From: Candidatus Binataceae bacterium
GTDB lineage: Bacteria > Desulfobacterota > Binatia > Binatales > Binataceae
Direction: 5' to 3'
DNA: 64,000 nt
Assembly: GCA_050011435.1 (NCBI GenBank)
Contig: JBEKJC010000005.1
Span: 45,941-109,940 of the forward strand
Numbering within the stretch: position 1 is the first letter of the stretch; the number at the start of each line of letters is the position of its first letter. The notes under the pieces were generated by a model that was given only the letters and a program-made list of their open reading frames with translations, did not search any database and had not been told where the DNA came from. The translations under genes and the position numbers were made by a program. This document shows positions 37,533 to 46,959 of the stretch, piece by piece.

Positions 37533-40253
37533 TCATCGTCGCAACCCGTGGCCTTGGCAGCGGCGGCGGAGGTTTTGCTCCGCGACGATCCGGACGCCGG
37601 CAAGTGAATTCCTTTGCACGTGTTCCAGAGCCGTGGACTTCTCACGGTTCCGGCTAACAACTTGGCGTAGTCGCTCGTGATCGTCGGTATAAATGCTGAT
37701 GCCGTTCCGGGCGCGGCTGACCGACACGTAGAACTGCTTGCGGTTGATGAGCTCGGCGCTCCGCTCCGTATCGATGTTGACGATGACGCGATCGACAGTC
37801 GTACCCTGGCTTGAGTGGGAGGTCGAGGCGTAGCCGTAGTCGATGTGACGCAGACGCTCAATGGTGGCGTGGATTTCGCGGCCGTCCTCGCCCCGAATCC
37901 TTGCCGTGCGTTCATCGATCGCCAAGATAGTTGCGAACTCACCGTTGGCGAGACCCAGCGTGCGTTCTGGTGCGCGGAACTGAATCCGGTCGCCCGGGGC
38001 GAATTTGCGCTGCTCCGTGCGGAGAACCTCGACCCCGGAAAGCCGCTTCGGTGAATAGTCAAAGCGCCTGCCATCGTTCAGTACCACCGAGAGTCGTCCG
38101 GCGTCGGAGTCCACGCGCTCTACCACCGCGTGAGCGCCCTTCTCTATCCCCAACCTCTTGCTGCCGCGCGTGAATCGCACGATGTCGCCTACGTCGTAAT
38201 TTCGAGCTTGTCCGCGCTGACTGCGGGTCAGGTCGCGATTTACGAACACGGTGTGCAACACCTCGCGGCAATCGATCATCCCGCGTTCCTTCAGCGTCTG
38301 CCGGATGACGGCATTGAGTTGGCGCCGTTCCTCGTTGGCCGGACTTACCACTAAGACGCGTTCCCGCGCACCATGGGCTGCGACGTATTCCGCGGCGATC
38401 GACGCGTAGCGCCTGACGGTATCGCCAAGCTCTCGGATTCGACCGAATCGTTCCAGGATGTCGATCGACTCGGCGATCTCTCCGTTCGCCGCGTGGTTAA
38501 CCGCTTTGCGCAGTTCGGGATCGCGCTGGCGGCGAATCACGTCGAGCCGGGCGACCCGCATGCCGGCCTGCTGCATCTGATAGAGCGGCCGTCCCGCCTC
38601 GATCGCATGATGCTGGCGCTGGTCGCCGACGAAGACAATCCGCACAACGCCCGCGTCGCGAGCCTTGCGCAAGAGGCCGTTCACTTGTCCGGTCCCGAGC
38701 AGGCTCGATTCATCGATGATCCAAAGCTCTTTGCCTTGTGCTTCTGGTATTGGATTCTCGATGAGGCTCGCGACGGTGCGGGCAGAGATCCCCGCGTCGC
38801 CGAGCGCCTTAACGGCACGCGTCGTTGGCGCGAATCCTTGCACGGCATAACCGTAATCCTCGGCGAACTCCCGAATCGCCCCAACCGTAGTGGTCTTCGC
38901 CGCTCCCGCGCGTCCCTCGACCGCACTGATCCAGTCGTTCGCGGTCACTGTTAGCTCCGCGACCTCGGCCTGATCGGAGAGCAGCCCTCGTCGTGCAGCC
39001 CACGCGCGAACCTCGTTTGCACTTGCGATACTTTGCGCGCCATCCCGACCAACCAGCATCAGATCTAGATTCTCGCGTTCAAGCGCCACCATCTGCGGTG
39101 TCGTGAAAGCGCCCTGCGGCGATCTGACGGTGGCGCCAATCTGGATCAGATTGGCGGCTCGTTCCCATCCATCCGCAACACTCCGCACCTGCTCAAGGTC
39201 CGCCCTGCCCATCGCATGCTGGAGTGCGGTCGCCTCGATTGCGCGGCGGTCGATCACCGCTTCGCGTTCGGTGTGGTGCGCGACGCTGTATTCGAGCGCA
39301 TCGTCTATCGAGGCCTTACTTCGCTCTGGCACTGGTTGGAGATTCGTGAGCGGCCGGGCCAGTTCGATTCGATATTCGTGTGCGCGCTCGCGCCATTCCG
39401 CCTTGAGGCTCTCTTCGTCGCGACGGTCCTTGGGGCACCTGGTCTGATGGGCGAGGTTCTGTGCGGCAGCGGCACCGTTTAGTCCCTGACGCGCCATCGC
39501 CGCCTCGATGTCCTGGCGCCGGCGCGAAAATGCCATCACCTGCTCGCGAGTGTATCCCGCAAGCTCCCAGCGGCCATCTGCGCCAGTCACATCGATCCGA
39601 TAGCCGAGATCTTGCACTTTAAGCGCAAGCTCCGAACGGTACACGCTGGTCGCGAAACTCTGCGAGCGGTAGATCTCGATCGGATCGAGCCCGCGCCACG
39701 CGCCGTCTGGGCGCCTCGTCATGTTGGCGATCACGACGTGGGTGTGGAGGTGCGGGTCGGGGCCGTAGCCGTCGTCAGCGCCCTGTGAAGGTCGCGCGGC
39801 GATGTGGTCGAAGCGGGCCGCGACGACGTTTCCGGTGATCACCCATTCGTGCCCGCCGTGCTGGCGCGATAACGCATAGCCCTCAAGTTCGGTAAGAGCG
39901 CGACTCACGGCGTTGCGATGCGCCTCCGCGAGCCGCGCGTCGCTGCCAACCAACGCCTGCACGCTTACCGACTTGGGCGCGTTGAAGGTTGCATCCCATC
40001 CGGCGCGGCGTTCGTCGCTGCCCCTGGCGTTTGGAACCAGCACTTCGCCGGTCGCCGGATTAAGCCCGTGCAATACGGCGCGAAAATCATCTGACGAAAC
40101 CTCTTCCGCGAGTCCGAGCGCTTCCCCTCCTCGACCGCACCACTGTCCGGCAACCCGGTGCTGCTCGGTGTAGTAGTCGTCCTGGGAGTATTTTTCCTGG
40201 TAATAGGTCTCCGCCTGTTTGGCGCTGAGCGCGCCTTTCGACATGACCAGCAT
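37533..40253 (-). CDS. MobF-family conjugative relaxase (TrwC/TraI-like relaxase plus RecD-like helicase)
   Basis: Relaxase N-domain (AETYYQEKY...DYY, with HTHVVIAN as the His triad). C-terminal AAA_30/UvrD-like helicase (GRAGAAKTT, ViVFVGDQRQ). Confidence 0.9.
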   Translation of the reverse strand: MLVMSKGALSAKQAETYYQEKYSQDDYYTEQHRVAGQWCGRGGEALGLAEEVSSDDFRAVLHGLNPATGEVLVPNARGSDERRAGWDATFNAPKSVSVQALVGSDARLAEAHRNAVSRALTELEGYALSRQHGGHEWVITGNVVAARFDHIAARPSQGADDGYGPDPHLHTHVVIANMTRRPDGAWRGLDPIEIYRSQSFATSVYRSELALKVQDLGYRIDVTGADGRWELAGYTREQVMAFSRRRQDIEAAMARQGLNGAAAAQNLAHQTRCPKDRRDEESLKAEWRERAHEYRIELARPLTNLQPVPERSKASIDDALEYSVAHHTEREAVIDRRAIEATALQHAMGRADLEQVRSVADGWERAANLIQIGATVRSPQGAFTTPQMVALERENLDLMLVGRDGAQSIASANEVRAWAARRGLLSDQAEVAELTVTANDWISAVEGRAGAAKTTTVGAIREFAEDYGYAVQGFAPTTRAVKALGDAGISARTVASLIENPIPEAQGKELWIIDESSLLGTGQVNGLLRKARDAGVVRIVFVGDQRQHHAIEAGRPLYQMQQAGMRVARLDVIRRQRDPELRKAVNHAANGEIAESIDILERFGRIRELGDTVRRYASIAAEYVAAHGARERVLVVSPANEERRQLNAVIRQTLKERGMIDCREVLHTVFVNRDLTRSQRGQARNYDVGDIVRFTRGSKRLGIEKGAHAVVERVDSDAGRLSVVLNDGRRFDYSPKRLSGVEVLRTEQRKFAPGDRIQFRAPERTLGLANGEFATILAIDERTARIRGEDGREIHATIERLRHIDYGYASTSHSSQGTTVDRVIVNIDTERSAELINRKQFYVSVSRARNGISIYTDDHERLRQVVSRNREKSTALEHVQRNSLAGVRIVAEQNLRRRCQGHGLRR

Positions 40254-40256
40254 CGC

Positions 40257-42083
40257 TCATGCCCGAAGGCGCCTGCTCGACGGCGCCTGCTGACTGGTGG
40301 GAGCCTTGGTTAGCCGCTCGCCCGGTAACCGGAGATTGCCGGCCGGCATCGACGCTGCGCTTTGATCGCTGGACTGCGCCGCCATCACCCGGCGCATGAA
40401 ACCCGGATGGCGCTTGATCGGGGCGAGATACGGAATCGTGACCCGCGCCCGGTGATGGCCGGTGACGCAGAGATAGCCCTCGAACGGTTGCAGCATCTGA
40501 ATCTCGCTGCCAAGCACGGAGCTCTCGATGATGCGCTGCGGATGAACGGAGAAGCTGTCGCGGTGCTCCTTCAGGCCGGTGTTGCTTCCGATCTGCGAGC
40601 GGCTGATTTCGCGCTCGCCGATCTGCGCGCTCGACCAGCGTGCGGTCTCGGCCTCGCCGGTGCGCAGGATTAGCTTGGTCGCCGGCGCCGCGGCGAGCGT
40701 CGCGGTCTGCTCGTGGCCGTAGATCGCGCGCAGCTGGGTGATCGCCTGAAACCCCAGCACCGCGCACAGTCCGCGCTTGCGCCCGCGCACGACCAACGCT
40801 TCGAACTGGCTCTGGCGTTTCAGTACCGGCAACTCGTCGGCGACGATCCAGACCTGCTCGCGCCGCTCCTGTTCTGCCATCAGCCGGCGCACGATGCAGT
40901 CGAGCCACACGCTCTGCAGCGGCAACGCCGCGTCGCGCGAGTCCTCGGTCGAAGTCAAAAACAGCCATCCCTCCCGCGCCTGCGCCCATTCGAGCGCGCT
41001 CCACGCCCACTCGGTCCCGCTCGGCAGATAGCGGAGCGAGTTGGTCGCGTTGAAGGCCGTCGCGACGATTCCCGCCCCCTGATCGTGCGCACCGGGATCG
41101 ATGAGCGCTTCTGCCGGCGTGCCCCGCAGCGCCTCCTTGAGTTTCGCTCTTGGCAGGGCGAGCAGCTTCGGGATGTCGCCGGGCTCGCGCGACCTGACGC
41201 TCTCAAGCAGCCCGACGATCAGCGTCCGCGCCGATTGCCGAAAGAAGAAGTCGGCGCCGCTCTGGCTGAACATGTTGGACGGGTCAGGGATGAGCGCCGC
41301 CGCCAGCGCCTCGGCGTCCATCGCCTCGCTGCCGGGCTTGAGCTCCCACCACGGCGACCATGCCGGGCAGCGCGCATCGAGCGGGTTCAGGATCAGGTCG
41401 CGGCGCGCGTGCCGGAAGAACTCGGGGAGGTATTCGCACTCCGGGTCGAGCACCACGGCGGTTTCGCCGCGCGCCTCGATCTGCCGTAGCATGCGGCGGA
41501 TGGCGGTGGATTTTCCAGAGCCGGGCGCACCCACGAACATGAAGTGCTGGGGCTCCAACGTCCGCTGGATACGAATGCCGCCGATCTCGACGCCGTTGCC
41601 CTGAAGCTCGTGACGCAGGCGGCGCTGCGGGACAACGTCGGTCCCGCGCACATAGCGGTCGTCGGTATGGTCGCGTCTGGGCCTAAAGAGGATCAGGCCG
41701 ATCCCGACGACGGTAATCGCCGTGACCAGAAAGCCCCACGGCGCATAGTGCCAGAACCAGCCGGGGAACGAACCGCCGGAGTAGTACTTGTAGCAGAGGA
41801 ACGGGTACATGCTCGGGATGGTGTAGCGCCCGCCGCGGTAGGGCACCGAGCCGAACGGCAAAGGGATGATCTCGCTGAAGAACCAGGTCAGAATCCAGAG
41901 TCGGAAGTGACGTTGAGCGGCCGCGCCGCCATAGTAACCGGTCCAGTACCAGACCAGACCGAACGTCAGGGCCGCCCACACCAGCGTCATCACGACCGCG
42001 ACTCGCGCCGCCATCTGCGTCCACAGCGCGAGCGATGCGCCGTCCGACCGCCATCTGATCGCCCGGTAAACACCCGCGCTCAT
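40257..42083 (-). CDS. type IV coupling protein (TraD/TrwB/VirD4 family)
   Basis: N-terminal TM helices. Walker A FVGAPGSGKST. TraD/TraG-like core. Confidence 0.9.
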   Translation of the reverse strand: MSAGVYRAIRWRSDGASLALWTQMAARVAVVMTLVWAALTFGLVWYWTGYYGGAAAQRHFRLWILTWFFSEIIPLPFGSVPYRGGRYTIPSMYPFLCYKYYSGGSFPGWFWHYAPWGFLVTAITVVGIGLILFRPRRDHTDDRYVRGTDVVPQRRLRHELQGNGVEIGGIRIQRTLEPQHFMFVGAPGSGKSTAIRRMLRQIEARGETAVVLDPECEYLPEFFRHARRDLILNPLDARCPAWSPWWELKPGSEAMDAEALAAALIPDPSNMFSQSGADFFFRQSARTLIVGLLESVRSREPGDIPKLLALPRAKLKEALRGTPAEALIDPGAHDQGAGIVATAFNATNSLRYLPSGTEWAWSALEWAQAREGWLFLTSTEDSRDAALPLQSVWLDCIVRRLMAEQERREQVWIVADELPVLKRQSQFEALVVRGRKRGLCAVLGFQAITQLRAIYGHEQTATLAAAPATKLILRTGEAETARWSSAQIGEREISRSQIGSNTGLKEHRDSFSVHPQRIIESSVLGSEIQMLQPFEGYLCVTGHHRARVTIPYLAPIKRHPGFMRRVMAAQSSDQSAASMPAGNLRLPGERLTKAPTSQQAPSSRRLRA

Positions 42084-42487
42084 TGCTTCGCCTCTTGCGC
42101 GCCGTCGAGGTGCGCGAGGTACTGACGAGCGGTCTGCTCCGAGGCTTCGATGATTTCGTCCACCATGTTTGCCCCCACGGTCTGGTCGAGCGAATGGAAA
42201 AGCGCCGAGCGGCTCTTGACCACTTCGAACAGGAGCTGGCCGTAACGCTCGGCCTCCGCCTGCTCCAGGCGCTCGAACCCCTTCCTGAGCGCCTCCAGTT
42301 TTCCGCCGAGCGCAGCGAGGGACGCGGTATCGGCGCCGCCCTGACCGGCGAGATCGAAGTGCTGTGCGATCAGCGATTGAAGCAGGGTGGTCGGCGTTGC
42401 GTTCATGCTCGCCGCGTGGTTCTCGACTTGCGCGGCATATTTCTCCGGGAGCCGGATCGTGTAGGTTTTCTTCGTCTCATCCGCCAT
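42080..42487 (-). CDS. ribbon-helix-helix relaxosome accessory protein (MobC/TraY-like)
   Basis: KKTYTIRLPEKYAAQVENHAASMNATPTTLLQSLI fits an RHH fold. Sits immediately upstream of T4CP and the relaxase, with the repeat region just 5'. Confidence 0.55.
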   Translation of the reverse strand: MADETKKTYTIRLPEKYAAQVENHAASMNATPTTLLQSLIAQHFDLAGQGGADTASLAALGGKLEALRKGFERLEQAEAERYGQLLFEVVKSRSALFHSLDQTVGANMVDEIIEASEQTARQYLAHLDGAQEAKQ

Positions 42488-42505
42488 GTTGCTCAACCTC
42501 CTGCC

Positions 42506-42664
42506 TGCAAGCAGCGCCGAATCGGATGCTTGCATTGAGAAATCAAGGGGTTTTTCATTCCACCGCTGGCTCTCTGACTCTTTGCAAGCACGTCACGAAT
42601 CCGCCTGCTTGCATAATGAAATCGCGGGATTTCCCGCTTTCTGCGCCCGCCGTGCTGCAAGCAG
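42506..42664. promoter_or_regulatory. candidate oriT / mob promoter region with reiterated inverted repeats
   Basis: Two tandem units of TGCAAGCA-N13/15-TGCTTGCAT-(t/a)a(g/t)aAAATC-GGG, plus a further CTGCAAGCAG. They lie immediately upstream of the RHH-T4CP-relaxase operon. Confidence 0.45.
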
Positions 42665-42878
42665 CCTTCATCAAGGGATGAGTGACGTGTCATACATTCC
42701 CCACGTGCGAGGTCCTTAGCCGAGCACGTCCCCGGATGCCTAACACCTCGCCTGAAGCTCGGGCGGTGGCAGAACGGCGTTGCCGCGAAGCTGGATGCTC
42801 TCGGCAATATGTGCCGGGCCCCTCGAGAACTGACTGCCACAGATGACGGGCGCATCGTCGCCGACTCAGAAAATCCCG

Positions 42879-43202
42879 CTAGTACGGGAGCAGGTAGTTG
42901 AGGAGCTTGACCGCTTCGATGGCAGCCGCCATCCCGAGCCCGGCCTTAAACAGCCGACGGCCGAGTTCGCAGTTGCCCAGGATTCCGAAAATGAGGAATG
43001 CGACAGTCAATGCGAAGGCCAGGAACGCGGGCGCAATCGCTCCGCTCAGAAGCGCCGCGATCGTGTTGAGCGGCTGGTCCCAGGGAAGCGCTCCCGGCTG
43101 AACGGGTCCCGCCACAGAGAGCGCTGGCCGAGCGATCACGAGCACCACTGCCAAAGTGCCTTCACCGACATGCCTTGAAAATGGTTTCATCGGTTTTCTC
43201 AC
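42879..43202 (-). CDS. TrbC/VirB2-family conjugative pilin
   Basis: ~105 aa with a leader followed by two hydrophobic helices (AIAPAFLAFALTVAFLIFGILGN...GMAAAIEAVKLLNYLL). Confidence 0.65.
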   Translation of the reverse strand: MRKPMKPFSRHVGEGTLAVVLVIARPALSVAGPVQPGALPWDQPLNTIAALLSGAIAPAFLAFALTVAFLIFGILGNCELGRRLFKAGLGMAAAIEAVKLLNYLLPY

Positions 43203-44182
43203 CGCGCCCAGATTGTGCAGCCGACAAATTGGTCCATCTTGCCCGCCTGCATGTATGCAGTTTTAATAGCAGCCAATCAAAAGCAACGCAAGCAACCCAC
43301 GTGGGATTTTGCGGCGCGTGTCGGCCTTTCGTTCGTTGCTGGACACGCTAGATTTGGTGCACCGATCAATGCGACCGCGGTAAATCTTGCAAGAGCGCCT
43401 GTGGCTATCTTGGCCTGCCCTCCCGAAAACGCCCGCGACTTGAAGTTGAGTCCGTCACTGAGAGAAGACGGACGAATGAAAGGTCGCGAGGCGCTCCCGT
43501 CTTGCGACTCCTGACCGTTGACCCTGGAATGATCACGACCGGACGTGAATGCAAGGGCCCCGCAGACAGCGGAATTGAGATTAGGCCCTCCGTCGCGCTC
43601 GATATGGACCCCTCACGGGCGAGCCCATCCATGATGATTTTAGACTATCGCAGCCTCGTCGCGCCGTACGCTGAGATGTTCTCTGCGCAGCGCGCAGCCA
43701 TGCGATAGACTTCGGGATTTCAAACTGGCGCGGAGGTTCGTCAACGCGATGAATTTGAAAGACAGAAGTAACAAAAGCTCCAGGAAGTATCCCTGTGCGG
43801 GGGCGGTCAGGCTGGCTCTGCGAAGCCGAACAGTTTTTCCTGCGCTCGCCACTCCTGCATCTCGACGCGTTCGGATTCCGTCCAACAGCATTCCGAAAGA
43901 GTTAAAACTGCTGTTTCGTGAACCGATATTCAACCGTCAATCTGATCTGACGAGTCTCCGCGCACCGCTGTGACGCGCTGATTTCAATACAGTCGGCGCC
44001 TTCGGGGTCGTTGCCGACCTTAAATGATCATGGACCAGGAGGTTTATCTGGCAAGTGTCCTCCAGGAGCAGCATTCTGTAGAACGCCTGATAGAAGTGGC
44101 CTCGCAATTTTGAACAGTGCGATAAGTGGAAACTCCGGGCCACAAGTCTGGCCGAAGCAGGCTGGGCAAGAAGGAGTTTGCG

Positions 44183-44500
44183 ATGGTCAAGAAATCCGGG
44201 CGGCGGACACGCCGCACGCACACGGCGGAGTTCAAGGCGCGCGTAGCGTTAGCGGCGTTGCGCGAGGACCAGACGCTGGCCGAGCTGGCTGCGCAGTTTG
44301 AGATTCATCCCAACCAGATTACGGACTGGAAGCGGCAATTGCTCGAACATGCGGCCGAGGTTTTCGGGACCACGCAGCCGGCGCCCGTTGTTCTGGCGCC
44401 GCTACATGCCAAGATCGGGCAGCAGGCGCTGGAGCTGGATTTTTTAGCACGCGCGCTCGCAAAGCGGGCGGGCTGGGCGCCAAGCTATGATCGACCGTAA
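44183..44500 (+). CDS. IS3-family transposase OrfA (HTH)
   Basis: [53 protein letters not shown]. Confidence 0.85.
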   Translation: MVKKSGRRTRRTHTAEFKARVALAALREDQTLAELAAQFEIHPNQITDWKRQLLEHAAEVFGTTQPAPVVLAPLHAKIGQQALELDFLARALAKRAGWAPSYDRP

Positions 44501-45317
44501 GCACCGTTTGTCGGTAACGCGCCAAGCCAGCCTGCTGGGCCTCAGCCGGGGGTCGGTGTATTACCTGCCGCAACCCACCAGCGCCGCCGATTTGGCGCTG
44601 ATGCGGCGGCTGGATGAGCTGCATCTGGAGCATCCCTTCATGGGCGCGCGGATGCTGCGCCGCCAGCTCCTGGCCGAGGGCATCCGGGTCGGCCGGCGTC
44701 ACGTACGGACGCTCATGCGGCGCATGGGCATGGAGGCTTTGTGTCCGCAGCCTGGCACCAGCCAGCGCCAGCCGGACCATAAGATCTATCCCTATCTGCT
44801 ACGCCAGTTAGCCATCACCCACGCGAATCAGGTCTGGGCGCTCGACACGACGTACATCCCCATGGCGCGCGGGTTTGTTTACCTCACCGCCGTAGTGGAT
44901 GTAGCCAGCCGCCTGGTGCTGGCGCACAAGGTGGCCATCACGCTGGAGGCGTGCCATGCCAGGGAGATTATCGAACAGGCCTTTGCGTGCTTTGGAGTGC
45001 CCGCGATCGTCAACACCGATCAGGGCAGCCAGTTCACGGCGGAGGAGTTCACCCAGGCCGTGCGCGCTCGCGGCTGCCAGCTCTCCATGGACGGGCGCGG
45101 CGCATGGCGGGACAACGTGTTCATCGAACGCCTGTGGCGCAGCGTGAAATACGAGTGCGTGTACCTCAAGGCCTATGACGGCGTGAGCGCGGCGCGCGCC
45201 GACATCGGCCACTATATGGACTGGTTCAACACCGACCGGGCGCATTCGCGGCTCAATGGCGCCACGCCCCAACAGGCCTATCTGGCCTTGGCGGCAACAC
45301 TGGAGGAGGCCGCCTAG
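44487..45317 (+). CDS. IS3-family transposase OrfB (DDE integrase core)
   Basis: WALDTTYI...[10 protein letters not shown] and [12 protein letters not shown] (rve domain). It overlaps orfA and is probably expressed as an OrfAB fusion by a -1 frameshift. Confidence 0.85.
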   Translation: MIDRKHRLSVTRQASLLGLSRGSVYYLPQPTSAADLALMRRLDELHLEHPFMGARMLRRQLLAEGIRVGRRHVRTLMRRMGMEALCPQPGTSQRQPDHKIYPYLLRQLAITHANQVWALDTTYIPMARGFVYLTAVVDVASRLVLAHKVAITLEACHAREIIEQAFACFGVPAIVNTDQGSQFTAEEFTQAVRARGCQLSMDGRGAWRDNVFIERLWRSVKYECVYLKAYDGVSAARADIGHYMDWFNTDRAHSRLNGATPQQAYLALAATLEEAA

Positions 45318-45451
45318 CATGAAATCCGTGGTGCGCCCCGAGTTGCCCACCGCGGCGGCCGGTCCGTCGCAAGCGCCGCCCGCCGCCGTGGACAACTCTG
45401 CACCTCGCTCAACCCGCCCGGAACCCACTTATAAATCGGGGAAAACTGTTC

Positions 45452-45973
45452 AAAGAACCGGGACCACTTCTGATCGAGCGATCTGCCGATCGCGAATGCG
45501 CCGTGGCCGCGCACCACCACTGAGCACGATTGCCTCAGCGCCGCGGCAATCGCGGTCGGCTCTTCACCGATGCCCAGGCCAAGCACCGTAGTATCCACGA
45601 TGGGAATCCGCTTCAGACCGGCGAGCCCTTCATTATGAATTGGGAGGATGTGGTCATCGCATGAAATCTGAGCAAGTGCGATCGCGTGAATTGGATGTGC
45701 ATGCACGATCGCGAGCGCTTCAGTGGCGTCGTATATTGCACGGTGCAGTGGGCTTTCACACGAGGCCTCGGGGGGTATCGGCAGGCCTTGCGAGATGTCG
45801 ACATGAATGAAATTGGATTCGAGCAGTTGACCGAGGTTGGCGCCAGTCTGTGTGATCAGAAACCGTTCGCCGTCCCGAATGCTGATATTTCCACTTCGCG
45901 TAGTTTGCAGCCGACGGTTATAAAGTTCCTTGCCAACCGCGATTAACTGCGCCGAATATTCGCCATTACTCAC
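45452..45973 (-). pseudogene. class II aldolase/adducin-family gene, 3' end truncated by the IS3 insertion
   Basis: The N-terminal ~167 aa match class II aldolase (VVVRGHGAFAIGRSL). The reading frame then runs into the IS right terminal repeat at ~45451, so the native C-terminus is missing. Confidence 0.5.
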
Positions 45974-46166
45974 GCGGTGATCTCCTACTGCGCTATCATC
46001 TTCAACGCTCAGCGAAACTGATGACCTCGACGGTGTGCTCTGCAGAAAACGACATTTTCATCCGAGCGCGCCGGCCCTGTGCAAGCGTCCCGCACGATTA
46101 ATACATGATTCTGTAGAGTCGGAGCCATTAACATAAAGTTAACCATTACGACCCGCCTCGGAAGAT

Positions 46167-46695
46167 TCACCGCTGACTTGCGCAAATCACGTTTACCGCG
46201 CCGCTCAAATCCGGCACGCGCCAATCAGCCGGATCAGCGTGGTTGTATGGGCGGTCGAGAATTATCGATTTGCAGCCTGCGCTGCTTCCAGCGCACGAGT
46301 CTTTCCACGTGTCGCCAACGATGTACGACGCTTTAAGAGCAAGGTCGTATTTGTGCGCCAATTCGACCAGCATCCCAGGGCTGCGGCTTGCGACAGCGGC
46401 AACCATCATCATTGTCGTGGGGACAGATGCGTACTTCCTCGATCTTGAGAAGGCTTAAAATACGCTCCGTCATCATGCACAGTGATTCTTTCGTCAGGAG
46501 ACCCCGCGCCAGTTCCGGCTGGTTCGTGACCACGAAAAGCTTGAATCCCCCAGTGCTCAGTCGGTCAAGCGCCGGCTCAACTCCTGCTTCGAACTCGAAC
46601 TCCCCGATGTTTCTGGGTGACGTGGGCTTGCCATCTCGATAGATGACTTTGTTGATCACTCCGTCGCGATCCAGAAAGACAGCCGTATTAGGCAT
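46167..46695 (-). pseudogene. second GmhB-like HAD-IIIA heptose-bisphosphate phosphatase, frameshifted at CCC/GGG run 46374-46380
   Basis: The N-terminal part (MPNTAVFLDRDGVIN...CPHDNDDGCRCRKPQP) is in one frame. The C-terminal part (SPGMLVELAHKYDLALKASYIVGDTWKD) is in another. Removing one C restores CRKPQPGML. Confidence 0.55.
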
Positions 46696-46959
46696 CAGAA
46701 TCCGCATTTTCAATGAAATCAGGAGCTCAACAACCATTTGAGGAGTCTGACCGGGGTAGGTCAAGTTAAAATTGCCAAGCGCCGGCAGCCAAGCCCGCGT
46801 GTCGAACCGCGTCGCCCGTTGGCGGATAGTCGCTTTGGGCCGGCACACTCCAAGCAGAGAGGACCAGCGGCGGGGCCAGAATGAGGATGGCGCGATCCCC
46901 GACTATTAATTATTAATGATGATGGAGAGAGATCGTGAACAGGCGGTGGTCCTGAGGCC

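Larger units (their letters stand above)
44111..45451 (+). mobile_element. IS3-family insertion sequence (orfA/orfB with programmed-frameshift layout)
   Basis: Imperfect terminal inverted repeats: TGAACAGTGCGATAAGTGG at the left end, with its reverse complement CCACTTATAAATCGG...ACTGTTCA at the right end. Two overlapping ORFs of the IS3 type. Confidence 0.8.

Noticed and set aside
43203-44110. Short ORFs (43215-43514 +, 43640-43933 -, and others) between trbC and the IS3 element
   Set aside because: No start-site context or motifs, and mixed composition. They are more likely debris from a deleted T4SS region than genes. This could be revisited with tBLASTn against VirB proteins.
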